Source: a virus. From it: a DNA stretch of 64,000 nt. Of the stretch, positions 1 through 9,078 are shown in pieces. Location of the stretch: IMG/VR virus record IMGVR_UViG_3300026116_000003, positions 1 to 64,000 of that record; one strand, written 5' to 3'. A program made the position numbers and the translations under genes. The notes beneath the pieces were generated by a model. It did not search any database. It was not told the origin of the DNA and was given only the letters and a program-made list of their open reading frames with translations. Position 1 is the stretch's first letter; each line of letters begins with the position of its first letter.

Positions 1-1029
1 GTCTTCGTCGTCGTCAGCCGGTTTCTTTTTCTTCTTTACAACGTGGTCTTTATCTTCATCGTCCACGTCGTCCTCGTCTTCGTCGTCGTCGGCCGGTTTC
101 TTTTTCTTAGGCGCGGGCTCCTCGTCCTCTTCCCAAGCGTCGTCGTCAGCCGGTTTCTTTTTCTTCTTTACAACGTGGTCTTTATCTTCATCGTCCACGT
201 CGTCCTCGTCTTCGTCTTCCGACTCAGCAGCTTTGCGCTTTTTCTTAGGCAGAGTTTCTGTAGTATCTTCTTCCTCGTCTTCTTCTTCGTCCTCTTCATC
301 TTCAGCCGTCTGGAGAAGGACTTTCTTCAAGTCGTCGTAGGGTTCTTGAACCAGCAACTTGTCCAGGCAGTGAGTCTCTTCCAGAATCTCGTCATCGTAT
401 TGCTCCTTGCGCGGCTTGAAATCGATGGTCTCTGCTTCGACAAACGAATTGCCGGCAAAAGACTTCTCAGTAAAACCGACCTTCAACGTGAACCCATCCT
501 CCAGGAAAAAGAACTTCTCCCAGCCATCGTCTTCGTCTGAGTCGCGTATCCGCAAGTCCAGCAACCTTCCGAACAAGTGGTAAGAGATATCCCACAACTG
601 AACTCCCTTGTCCGGCTCTTTGAGATTGATGACGTTGAAGAGCTGGCGCTGCTTCGGAGACAGGTCCTTCGCTGCCGCTTCTTTGTCTTCGTCGCCGTCG
701 GCCGACTTGAGCAAGCTCAGCCGGTGCTCACAAACGGGGCAGCGCCCCTTGCTGGACATCCGCGCGCACAAGTAGGAATCTTCATTCGCTCCGATACCGC
801 GATGGGAGTAATACGTCCGCTCATAATGGAGGTTGCCGGGTTCCGCCCACGGGTTGCCTTTGCCGACGATATACGGGATAATATCCAGCAATATCACTCC
901 AGCTTTCGCTTTGAATAGCGTAACCTTATCTGGCAACTTCAGGTAAGGAGCGGAGTAACCCGTCGACTGCTTGTCAGCTCGCTCTCGGGCCGACGTGTAT
1001 CTGCGTTCTGATTTATTTGACCTACTCAT
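1..1029 (-). CDS. T4 gp32-like single-stranded DNA-binding protein with long acidic tail (runs off the left edge)
   Basis: Manually translated from ATG 1029: MSRSNKSERRY...YYSHRGIGANEDSYLCARMSSKGRCPVCEHR (H..C..CPVC zinc motif as in gp32), followed by a D/E/K-rich tail. Absent from the ORF track because it has no stop in the window. Confidence 0.75.
   Translation of the reverse strand, partial: MSRSNKSERRYTSARERADKQSTGYSAPYLKLPDKVTLFKAKAGVILLDIIPYIVGKGNPWAEPGNLHYERTYYSHRGIGANEDSYLCARMSSKGRCPVCEHRLSLLKSADGDEDKEAAAKDLSPKQRQLFNVINLKEPDKGVQLWDISYHLFGRLLDLRIRDSDEDDGWEKFFFLEDGFTLKVGFTEKSFAGNSFVEAETIDFKPRKEQYDDEILEETHCLDKLLVQEPYDDLKKVLLQTAEDEEDEEEDEEEDTTETLPKKKRKAAESEDEDEDDVDDEDKDHVVKKKKKPADDDAWEEDEEPAPKKKKPADDDEDEDDVDDEDKDHVVKKKKKPADDDED
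7..216. repeat. ~78-bp direct repeat (about 7-84 and 139-216) in the acidic tail of the SSB gene
   Basis: gtcgtcgtcagccggtttctttttcttctttacaacgtggtctttatcttcatcgtccacgtcgtcctcgtcttcgtc occurs twice, 132 bp apart. Confidence 0.85.
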
Positions 1030-1178
1030 TGTTTCTCTCTTTCATTTTTTTGGTTTTGCTCATCGCGCCTCTTGGCCCGAAAATATCCAGATGCTCCGAA
1101 CTTGACTACCATATAAGCTAGAACCGGCAACGCGACGCACGCCAGGCAGCCGTAGAGCAGGATGGTAAGCAAGCTCAT
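1026..1178 (-). CDS. small membrane protein (50 aa)
   Basis: MSLLTILLYGCLACVALPVLAYMVVKFGASGYFRAKRR...; TGATG and ATGA overlaps with both neighbours. Confidence 0.55.
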   Translation of the reverse strand: MSLLTILLYGCLACVALPVLAYMVVKFGASGYFRAKRRDEQNQKNEREKQ

Positions 1179-1648
1179 CAGTCAGTATGGCGGCGCACTT
1201 TGCGTTGCGTCATCTGCTCGACTGCTTCCCGGCCGCGCTCGGAAACTTTGGGGCTGGAGAAGTAGCCCATTCCGTGCAGCTCGACCAGTAGAGTCAAAGT
1301 CCGCTTCTTCGTCTCCAGCGCCCAGACCACTGCCTGACTCAAGTCGGATTGATAGCGAGCTTCGCGGACCTTCTTAGAAGCAGCCTTGAAAGTTTCCCGA
1401 GTCTCGATAGCTGCCTTGACTGCTGCTTCGGTAATCTTTTCGATACCGTAGACTTCCGGGTTGACCCGAATCTTCTTAGCCAGCTCGGCTTCGACTACAT
1501 CCAGCTCTGCTTCCGCTTCCGCCACGTCCCGCTTAGCGTCGGCTGCCTGGTGGGCATACTTGAGATACTGAGACGGCAGCCGAATGCATTCCCGGTCCAG
1601 ATTATGCTCGTCAATCTGGACCACTGACTCCGTATTGTTTTCGCTCAT
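1178..1648 (-). CDS. uvsY: UvsY-like recombination mediator
   Basis: IDEHNLDRECIRLPSQYLKYA...ITEAAVKAAI helical pattern; next to the SSB; start MSENN follows a TAGATAATA box. Confidence 0.6.
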   Translation of the reverse strand: MSENNTESVVQIDEHNLDRECIRLPSQYLKYAHQAADAKRDVAEAEAELDVVEAELAKKIRVNPEVYGIEKITEAAVKAAIETRETFKAASKKVREARYQSDLSQAVVWALETKKRTLTLLVELHGMGYFSSPKVSERGREAVEQMTQRKVRRHTD

Positions 1649-1659
1649 AGTTGTATTAT

Positions 1660-2583
1660 CTACTTCATACAGACTACTTCGTAACAAGCCGCCGCCAGTC
1701 CAGCCTGTTTCGAGTCATAAAAGTTCTTGGAAAAGATATCAATAATCTTGAAAGCTCGCGGAGCCAATTGCTGGTTCGCCAGCAAGACCGAGCGAGCGTA
1801 GCCCAACACGAGGTAGCGAAGTCCTTCGGGGTCTTCGTCTTTCAAGTCTTTGAGCAGCGTCGCTACCGGAGCCCATTGCGCCCGGGGGTTGATTAGTCCA
1901 CGAGCCAAGTCTATCGCCGCCGACTTGTTGACAGAGCTCGCTTGCACTCCGCGCATCTGCTCGGCGTCTCCTTCCAGACCGGCTACCTGCCCCAATACTA
2001 CCAGCGCTTTGCGAGCAGAGCCATCTGCGCACTCGACAATCCCCTGGATGACGTCTTCCGATACCGCAAGCTTCTCCGCGGCTACTACGTCTTCCAGGAG
2101 CCCTTTCAGTAATTTGTCCGACAGAGCAACCAGGCGGACTTCTGTGCAGCGCGTATGGATAGCTTTGATAAGCTTGGAAGAGTCCGTAGTCAGCAGCATA
2201 AAATAAACGTGGCTCGGGGTATCTTCCAGCATTTTAAGGACTGCGTTCTGCGCGTCGTTAGTCAGCTTGTGCGCTTCGTCGAGCACCCAAATCCGGCAAG
2301 CGCCTTCCAACGGGCTCAAGTTCATCCGCCGGCGGATTATCCGAATAGATTCCACTCCGCGGTCGTCTCCAGAATTCACTTCGGTAAAGTCAGTGCCGCC
2401 ACAGTCCAGAGACCGGCGCAAGATTCTAGCGATAGTTGTCTTGCCACAGCCAGAAGGTCCAGTCAGCAAGAGTGCGTGTGGAAGCCCCTTGTCTAATTGC
2501 TTCTGCAGCGAAGCGATAGCTACTTCCTGCCCGATTACTTTGTCCAGTGTTCGCGGACGGTATTTCTTGTAAAGTTCTGCCAT
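1660..2583 (-). CDS. dnaX: clamp loader, DNA polymerase III gamma/tau-like AAA+ ATPase
   Basis: LYKKYRPRTLDKVIGQE, GPSGCGKTT, VLDEAHKLT.AQNAVLKMLEDTP, IHTRC. Confidence 0.92.
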   Translation of the reverse strand: MAELYKKYRPRTLDKVIGQEVAIASLQKQLDKGLPHALLLTGPSGCGKTTIARILRRSLDCGGTDFTEVNSGDDRGVESIRIIRRRMNLSPLEGACRIWVLDEAHKLTNDAQNAVLKMLEDTPSHVYFMLLTTDSSKLIKAIHTRCTEVRLVALSDKLLKGLLEDVVAAEKLAVSEDVIQGIVECADGSARKALVVLGQVAGLEGDAEQMRGVQASSVNKSAAIDLARGLINPRAQWAPVATLLKDLKDEDPEGLRYLVLGYARSVLLANQQLAPRAFKIIDIFSKNFYDSKQAGLAAACYEVVCMK

Positions 2584-2685
2584 ATTAAAATTGACGCTGG
2601 TTGCCTGGGAAATTTGCTTCGCCAGTTTATCGCATTGCAGCAAATAGCCCGCCACTGGGTTAGGTTTAAGCAACCAGCATATTTA

Positions 2686-4143
2686 TTATCTTTTTCTTGG
2701 CTTCGTATATCCTCTTACGATTCCTTTTTCGCCAGCTCCATCGTTGTGATTGGGACTAACACCCTCTTCTTTCTGATACCAGTTACCGCCGGGCGGAGCT
2801 ACCGCATATTCAATCTGCGGCGGCACAACGAGGAAAGGATAGTGGCGCGGTAGTCCGACCGTTACTACGTGGTCAACAATCCGCATGTATTTTTTCAACT
2901 CGGTTGTCTTTACGTCTCCGACCAAGCTATCGTGAATTTGACCGACTACCATACTTTCCATCCGCTCTTTGCGGAGGATACGGTTGACTTGAATTAGAGT
3001 CCACAGCAAGCAATGGAACGCCGAGCCTTGAATCGGGTAGTTGCAGACCTGCTTCCGGTTGAATACTCCAGGCACGCGGAAGCCGGTCAGCAAATCAAAG
3101 TAACCATTTTCCAAATACTTTTTATACCAGACCCGGCGCCACTCTCCATACTTTTGAAAGCGTCGATTCCAAAAGTCATTCTCCACGTCCCGAACGTGCT
3201 TTTCAAACGTGCCATCCAGCGGGTCAATCTCAGGGTCGCACGCGCCGAGCGTTACAATTCCTTTATACTTCAAGTGCTCGTAAAGCGATACTCCAGCCGG
3301 AGTCGTCAGCTTCCCGCGCCCAATCCATTCCCAAAGCGAGCGAGCGCAGCTCACGTAGAAGTCTCCGTAGAACTGGGGGAACACGAACATATTCTTGGCT
3401 CCGTAGCGAGCTTCTTTGCTGACTTCGGATGGCTTGAGCTTGTAGAGTTGAGCCGCCATATCCCGATGCATATCCTTCCCCGGCGTAGAAATATACTCGA
3501 TGAACACCGGGTCCTTGTGATAAGCTGCGGACAAGGCAACTTCGATTCCTTTAAAGTCATTCTCGACTAACTGATGCCCCTCCGACGCAATAAAGAGCGA
3601 GCGGATAATTTTGCTAATCTCCTCGTCGCGGACGGGCATATTCTGAAAGTTGGGAGAGTCGGAGCTAGAGCGGTGCGAGCGAGCGAGATGGAGGTTGTAG
3701 CTCGGATGGATACGGTCTCCGACAATCTCCCGCTCGATGCCTTTGATAAACGTCCCCAGCGCTTTCTCATACTTGAGGAACTTCGCCATCTTTTTTACAA
3801 AGGGGTGGTCGACTTTCTGGAGAGCTTCCGCGTCGGTCGATGGCGCTCCGCTCTCCGTCTCCGTATGGACTTTGTAGCCCATAATCTCAAAGAGCACGGT
3901 CCCGAGCTGACTGTGCGAAGTAAAGTTAGCTTTAGTTCCGAATCGCTTGCGCCACATCGCCCACACTTTATCCTGCTCCATCTCCGCTTTGAGCGTGCGG
4001 ATTCTTTCGGCCAGCTTCGCTTTCGTGCGCTCCAGCCGAGCTAAGTCAATCCGGATTCCATTCGCTTCGACGCGAGCCAGCTCAATCAGCCCGTCGTGGA
4101 ACAGCTGGTAGCCTTGCTGGCGAATGGCGTGAATCTTTTTCAT
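2686..4143 (-). CDS. polA: DNA polymerase family A, polymerase domain only
   Basis: RSSSDSPNFQNMP, motif A DFKGIEV, motif B RYGAKNMFVFPQFYG, NYPIQGSA, motif C QIHDSL. Confidence 0.92.
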   Translation of the reverse strand: MKKIHAIRQQGYQLFHDGLIELARVEANGIRIDLARLERTKAKLAERIRTLKAEMEQDKVWAMWRKRFGTKANFTSHSQLGTVLFEIMGYKVHTETESGAPSTDAEALQKVDHPFVKKMAKFLKYEKALGTFIKGIEREIVGDRIHPSYNLHLARSHRSSSDSPNFQNMPVRDEEISKIIRSLFIASEGHQLVENDFKGIEVALSAAYHKDPVFIEYISTPGKDMHRDMAAQLYKLKPSEVSKEARYGAKNMFVFPQFYGDFYVSCARSLWEWIGRGKLTTPAGVSLYEHLKYKGIVTLGACDPEIDPLDGTFEKHVRDVENDFWNRRFQKYGEWRRVWYKKYLENGYFDLLTGFRVPGVFNRKQVCNYPIQGSAFHCLLWTLIQVNRILRKERMESMVVGQIHDSLVGDVKTTELKKYMRIVDHVVTVGLPRHYPFLVVPPQIEYAVAPPGGNWYQKEEGVSPNHNDGAGEKGIVRGYTKPRKR

Positions 4144-4238
4144 TTTCGTCGCGTGCAAACCACAATCAAAATTACTAACAGAACGATAGATATCGACTGC
4201 TTGAACATGATATGCTCCAGCATCTCGTGGTCCGTCAT
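4140..4238 (-). CDS. 32-aa hydrophobic peptide between the two polymerase genes
   Basis: MTDHEMLEHIMFKQSISIVLLVILIVVCTRRK; ATGA overlaps at both ends. Confidence 0.45.
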   Translation of the reverse strand: MTDHEMLEHIMFKQSISIVLLVILIVVCTRRK

Positions 4239-5416
4239 AAGCCCATATCTTTCATTTGCACCATCGCCAGTTTGTATTCTAGCCGAGCGTCCATGCCGTT
4301 GTAGAGCAGCAACGCCGGCGGATAAATTTCGTCAATCCGGTTGTAGGGACTACCCTTGACATTCGCTAAGTAGGGCTCAGTTGTCTCGTTGAAAGACGGG
4401 ACGCCGAGCCGGACCAGCGCCTGGAACTTGAGCGAGCAAATCCCCGGGCGATTGTCCAGGCAATGCGCCGCCAGCATCGTATCCCAGCCCCAGTTTGTTA
4501 CTCCGTGCCCGAACGTCTTCAACGTCCAGCGCTCTTCCATTTTCAAGTTGCTCGAAATCTTTTGGCTACGCTTCGACTGGAGCAGCAGCTTAGTAACCAG
4601 CGAAGTTTGAACAGTCCACAAGTAAGCAATCGTCCTCCGTCCGTTGGATAGAGCGCAAGAAATTATCTGGCCGTCCGGCCACTCTGGTTTGAGGCAAGTC
4701 GTTTCGTAGTCGACGGCCATCCAACCACCCACTTCTTCCATCTCTCTTATCGCGCGGCAAGCCGCTTCGTCCTCGAGCAAGCATTCAATCCCCTCTTCCC
4801 ACTTCGGCTGCCGCGGCGGAAGCTCGTCCAGCTCAAACGCGGCTTGCAGATGGTTGAGGAATAAACAATCCAGCAAAGCGTCTTTCATCCGTAGCAGGTA
4901 AGCCGGATGGTAAGTCGGGCAAATCCAGTGGCGCTCAACCGGCATCCGCCAGCCGGTCCAACGGTCGAGCGCTCCGATATCTCTCCAGTAACCCTCGAGC
5001 ACGCTAACCAGCGCCGAGCGCCCGAGCGTCAAGACAACTTGCGGCTCATACTTCCGGATAGCGTTGAGCAAGTTCGGCCGGCAGTAGGAGATTTGCTTGG
5101 CGTCTGGCGTGGCGTTTTTCGGCGGGCGGCAAATCAAAGCGTTAGTTGTCCAAGCGTCTCTATCCAAGTCCACTCCGATTCGCTTCAACGAAGAGCGAAG
5201 AAACAAACCAGACTTACCGACGAAGGGACGCCCTTGCTCGTCTTCTTCTACGCCCGGAGCTTCGCCGACAACCAAGACTCTCTTTGCGCCCTGACCATAC
5301 GGCTTAATCTTCGGACTCTCGCAAGTCTTGTAGAGTCCGCAAGCGCCACACTTCGGGACAAACCCGAATTCCGGCTTGTCTTTCTGGACTTTAGATGATT
5401 CGAAAAACCCGCGCAT
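4235..5416 (-). CDS. family-4 uracil-DNA glycosylase domain fused to a 3'-5' exonuclease domain (N-terminal part of the polymerase)
   Basis: CGACGL..C, VVGEAPG.EED.QGRPFVGKSG, NALICRPP, TYHPAYLLR; then DYETT, WDTMLAAH, YNGMDA exonuclease motifs. Confidence 0.9.
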   Translation of the reverse strand: MRGFFESSKVQKDKPEFGFVPKCGACGLYKTCESPKIKPYGQGAKRVLVVGEAPGVEEDEQGRPFVGKSGLFLRSSLKRIGVDLDRDAWTTNALICRPPKNATPDAKQISYCRPNLLNAIRKYEPQVVLTLGRSALVSVLEGYWRDIGALDRWTGWRMPVERHWICPTYHPAYLLRMKDALLDCLFLNHLQAAFELDELPPRQPKWEEGIECLLEDEAACRAIREMEEVGGWMAVDYETTCLKPEWPDGQIISCALSNGRRTIAYLWTVQTSLVTKLLLQSKRSQKISSNLKMEERWTLKTFGHGVTNWGWDTMLAAHCLDNRPGICSLKFQALVRLGVPSFNETTEPYLANVKGSPYNRIDEIYPPALLLYNGMDARLEYKLAMVQMKDMGL

Positions 5417-5442
5417 TGCGCTATAGTATCTCTGGCCAGCGC

Positions 5443-5506
5443 TCCTATTCCGTCAGGATTGCACGATAGGACCGGTTTTTATTTGATTTGAGTGTCAACA
5501 TAGCGG
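5443..5506. repeat. dispersed structured repeat, copy 1
   Basis: tcctattccgtcaggattgcacgataggacc...tttgagtgtcaacatagcgg; similar copies near 10177, 15017 and 48584. Confidence 0.75.
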
Positions 5507-5536
5507 CAACTTAGGGTCATTCGCTAGGAACGAAAC

Positions 5537-5749
5537 CTAGTCTTTTGCGACTACCTGCAAAAGCCTTTGACCGTGAGCAACGACGCAACCGACTTTGTGG
5601 CGAATCTCGGGCGGAGTAGCAGCAAAAGCGTCGCAGTAGACGCAACGAAAACCCCGGCCCATCAACTCTCCGCTACGAGCCGGCTTGAGCGCCAAGTCTA
5701 CGAACTGCCCGACCAGCTGAACCATTTCCTTTTGAATTGCTTCAGTCAT
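5537..5749 (-). CDS. hypothetical protein (CxxC...H..C)
   Basis: ORF overlapping the upstream gene end; FRCVYCD...HKVGC. Confidence 0.55.
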   Translation of the reverse strand: MTEAIQKEMVQLVGQFVDLALKPARSGELMGRGFRCVYCDAFAATPPEIRHKVGCVVAHGQRLLQVVAKD

Positions 5750-6791
5750 TGTCTTTCTCTTCTCCCCTCTCCGGCTCTTCTTCCTCTTCCTGCGGCTTGC
5801 CCAAGACCGTGATGTATTCCCAATGCCCGCCGACGACTTTCAACTTCGTTTCTCCGATTACCGCGTCATCATAGTTCTCAGAAATATACTTGAGCAAGTC
5901 CGGAGCGATACAGAAGTCCAGCGCTGGTCCCTTGTAGTTGACCTTCTTCGATTCCTTATACCAGCCGGACAGCCCTTCTCCCCGAACGCGAATCACTCCA
6001 GTCGTCAACGATACCGATACCAGCGGGTCTCCGGACTTGTCGGCGGCGAAGATAGCCGCCCGGTCGGTCGCTTCCATCAGCCCTTTCGGGATAACGATAT
6101 CGTGACCGTCGACCTCGATAACTTTGTCCAGCGCGGGGTAGTCTTCGGTATAGCGACGGCAGGAGAAGATTAGCCCCGATTGACTCTTGAAATGAATCCA
6201 GCACTTGGTCATCGCCACTTCGTCCATCCCGAGCGATACGATATGGCGCAACGAAGTCCCGCGCACTAAGACCGAAGACTTGATACCGGTCTTTACTTTT
6301 ACCCGCATGATTTGCATGTTGTCGCACGCTTCCACATGCTCCGGATGAATGTGGATGCAAGTCAGAAGAAAGCGCGACTCGTCTGTACTAACGCAATGCT
6401 GGACTCGACTCACGGCTTCAGTAAACTCCTTGACAAGCGGGTGCCAATGCTTCGGAGTCTCGACTCTGTCAATCGGGAGAAATATCTCCGCGTCTTTCGT
6501 CACGCCGAACCGCTTTTTCTTGCCACGAAACTCCAGCTCTCCTTTCTCGTTTTCTTCCACCAGCAACTCGGGGTCAGTCAGCTTCCCCAAAATCGCCAGC
6601 AACGAAGCCGCCTGCACGGCGCCAGTCACTTTGATTCCGACTTTCATCCGGCAAGCCACTTCGTCGTTGAAAGTCATCACCATCCCGTCCTGGAAAGCGA
6701 AGCAACTCGATTGCTCCAGGAATTCTCGCGGAGACAAGCCAGCCTTGACCAGCTCCAAAACATTCAGAAACTCTTCTCGGTTGATTTTCAT
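5742..6791 (-). CDS. dnaN: DNA polymerase III beta-like sliding clamp
   Basis: 349 aa; MKINREEFL start, VSTDESRFLLTCIHI, ACDN, EDYP motifs; replisome context. Confidence 0.8.
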   Translation of the reverse strand: MKINREEFLNVLELVKAGLSPREFLEQSSCFAFQDGMVMTFNDEVACRMKVGIKVTGAVQAASLLAILGKLTDPELLVEENEKGELEFRGKKKRFGVTKDAEIFLPIDRVETPKHWHPLVKEFTEAVSRVQHCVSTDESRFLLTCIHIHPEHVEACDNMQIMRVKVKTGIKSSVLVRGTSLRHIVSLGMDEVAMTKCWIHFKSQSGLIFSCRRYTEDYPALDKVIEVDGHDIVIPKGLMEATDRAAIFAADKSGDPLVSVSLTTGVIRVRGEGLSGWYKESKKVNYKGPALDFCIAPDLLKYISENYDDAVIGETKLKVVGGHWEYITVLGKPQEEEEEPERGEEKDND

Positions 6792-6871
6792 TCAATCGTA
6801 TTATCTCAAAGCAAATGAAGAAAGCGTGCAGAGTATTGCACGCTTTCTTCCGAACTGGCGAGTCTTTACTT

Positions 6872-7525
6872 TTACTCTTTGGCCGCTTTGGCCAAGCGAT
6901 ACTCGTTCTTGCCATTCTCTTTGCGGACTTCCAGCAAACCGCTCTTGACCTGGTCGGCCAAGTTGCCGTTGATTTTGCCGGGAGGGACGCCAGACTCTTC
7001 TTCAATCTGAGCGATGGTTTTCCACGCTCGGGAAAAGGCCGTATTCGTCTGGGCGCGAATCGTCCCGAGCCGGCAGCCGTATTTGTCTTTCTCGACCGTC
7101 GACTTGCCGCCAGCTTTCTTTGCCTTGGCCGGCTTGCTCTTTTTGACTTTCCGCGCCGGAGTCTTCGCCAGAAGCTTCTTCAACTTCTCTTTGACGCTAG
7201 CAATGGAATCTTTCGCCCGAATCTTGATGTCCAGCTTGCGCTCTTCGATGAAAGCGCGAATAGCCGCCTTGTCCATCGAGTCGACATCAATCACTTCGTC
7301 AACTTCTTCCTCTTCGGCCGGAGCTTCGTCCGCCAGCTGGATATCGCCGTCGGCCGCAATCAACTCGTTCAACAGAGGAACGAATTGCGCTTTCACGTCG
7401 CTCTCGCTGACCTTCGTCGGCACCAGCTGGATTTTCTTGAGCAGCTTGGCGTCGTCCCAATCAGCGGCGCTCGGAAAGCCCAAATCGACCAACATAGCAA
7501 CCGCGTCATTTCTCTTGATTTTCAT
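6872..7525 (-). CDS. hypothetical DNA-binding protein (acidic linker, Lys-rich region, C-terminal winged-HTH-like)
   Basis: KTIAQIEEESGVPPGKINGNLADQVKSGLLEV...EYRL. Confidence 0.5.
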   Translation of the reverse strand: MKIKRNDAVAMLVDLGFPSAADWDDAKLLKKIQLVPTKVSESDVKAQFVPLLNELIAADGDIQLADEAPAEEEEVDEVIDVDSMDKAAIRAFIEERKLDIKIRAKDSIASVKEKLKKLLAKTPARKVKKSKPAKAKKAGGKSTVEKDKYGCRLGTIRAQTNTAFSRAWKTIAQIEEESGVPPGKINGNLADQVKSGLLEVRKENGKNEYRLAKAAKE

Positions 7526-7636
7526 ACTGTTTTCCTTCTTTTGTTTTGAAGCCGTTATGGCCTCGATTGTTTTTATTATCTCCTTAGAGCGGAAAGATTC
7601 CCCATTTATTTTTGGGAATCTTTTCCACTACCCCAT

Positions 7637-7663
7637 CTATCGACCGCTTGTGGAAATACTTTA
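7637..7663 (-). promoter_or_regulatory. sigma28-type promoter motif, outlying copy
   Basis: TAAAGTAT-TTCCACAAGCG-GTCGATAG. Confidence 0.6.
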
Positions 7664-7671
7664 GGGGAAAT

Positions 7672-9078
7672 TTACCACGTAGAAATCATTGCGGGGTTGA
7701 CGAGCGCCAGAGAGCCGGCGACAGTGACGCACTTCGTCTCGTAATAAACTCCTTCGCGAAGGAGAATCCAGTTCAAGCGAAATATCCCCAGCTGCTTTTC
7801 CTTCTCCGTTTGATTCAGCCCCACCATTCCAGTAACGTGAGAAAGCTTGCGCTTGTCTTCGCTGAAATTGCTCCGGCGCAAAAGGACGCCGTCGTATGAC
7901 GCCGCGTCCGATTGAGTAGCCGTCAGAACCAAGCAGTGGTAATCTTGCGACAAGCGACGCAAAGCTTTCCACGTCTCGTTCGTTTGGTGCCGGAAGTCTT
8001 GCCCCTTCAATCCAGCTTCCGGCGCTAGGATATCCGCGTAGTCAACCACCACGACGTCTGGATACCAACCCTCGTGGATTTTCGCATCCATACTGACGCG
8101 AATATCCGCGACGGTCGTGGTCGAATTCGAAGAGCACTCCAACTCCAGTAAAGAAGAAGTTGATGCAGTCAATTTCAGAATTGTCTCTTGAGCTAGACGA
8201 GCTTCGCTTTCTTTCAGTCGAGAATCGTAACTAGAAAACCGAAACTTCACTTTTGGTTTCCCATCAGGTCCGAGTTTGATTTTAACGGGGCGCGATACGT
8301 CGCCAGCTTCCAGCGGCCGGCGCGCAGCGCGAGCAATAAACCGCCGCATCATTTGGTTCTTGGACATATCCCCTACCGAAAAGAACATCGTCCGGCGCTT
8401 GGACTTCGCTGCGGCTCTCCACGCCACGTCAATCAACCAAAAAGATTTGCCGCGCTTCTCCGGCGCGAGGAAAGCGATAAACCCATCCCGGCAGAGATGC
8501 TGGCCGAAGAATTCCCCGATATCCCCAGGGTAAAGAACCAGAGACTGGTCTTCATTTATCACCAGCGCTTCTCTCCACGCTTCAAAGTCAGTAAAGACGG
8601 AAACTCCAGCGCGAGCGTCAAACGATACGGGGTTGAATTGCGCCATCTTCTCTTTGACCGTATCCAAATCTTTCCGCAACAAACTTTCCTCCAGAGAGTC
8701 TTTCAAGCGAGTATACCGAATCTCCGAGAAATAGCGGGACGCAGAATCAACTAAGTAATCCGCGTTGAGCTCCTTCGCCAAAGCTTTGTAATCGTCGCTC
8801 AGAGAGCCCAAATATTTTTCAATCAAATCCACTTCCGGAGAGTCTCCGTGCTTATCCGCAAAGCCGCTAAACAGAAGTCGGATATTTTCTCGGGGCGCTT
8901 TTCCATACTCGTTGTAGAAGTCCCGGCACCAAACGTAGATTTGATTGGACCACTTCGACCGAAACGGCTTGGCTTCCTGCTTGAGCCCAGAAACTACTTT
9001 GCCCAATACTCGGGAGTTGACGATTAGCGCAGTCAAGATGGACCGTTCTTCGTCGCTCTGGTATTTCTGGACTTTCAT
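7672..9078 (-). CDS. dnaB: DnaB-like replicative helicase
   Basis: APEKRGKS Walker A, VVVVDYADIL, LRRLSQ...TATQS, SEDKRK. Confidence 0.9.
   Translation of the reverse strand: MKVQKYQSDEERSILTALIVNSRVLGKVVSGLKQEAKPFRSKWSNQIYVWCRDFYNEYGKAPRENIRLLFSGFADKHGDSPEVDLIEKYLGSLSDDYKALAKELNADYLVDSASRYFSEIRYTRLKDSLEESLLRKDLDTVKEKMAQFNPVSFDARAGVSVFTDFEAWREALVINEDQSLVLYPGDIGEFFGQHLCRDGFIAFLAPEKRGKSFWLIDVAWRAAAKSKRRTMFFSVGDMSKNQMMRRFIARAARRPLEAGDVSRPVKIKLGPDGKPKVKFRFSSYDSRLKESEARLAQETILKLTASTSSLLELECSSNSTTTVADIRVSMDAKIHEGWYPDVVVVDYADILAPEAGLKGQDFRHQTNETWKALRRLSQDYHCLVLTATQSDAASYDGVLLRRSNFSEDKRKLSHVTGMVGLNQTEKEKQLGIFRLNWILLREGVYYETKCVTVAGSLALVNPAMISTW

Noticed and set aside
4140-4238. Intron or intein splitting the polymerase
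   Set aside because: The gap is under 100 nt, shows no group I/II or intein features, and is filled by a coupled ORF.
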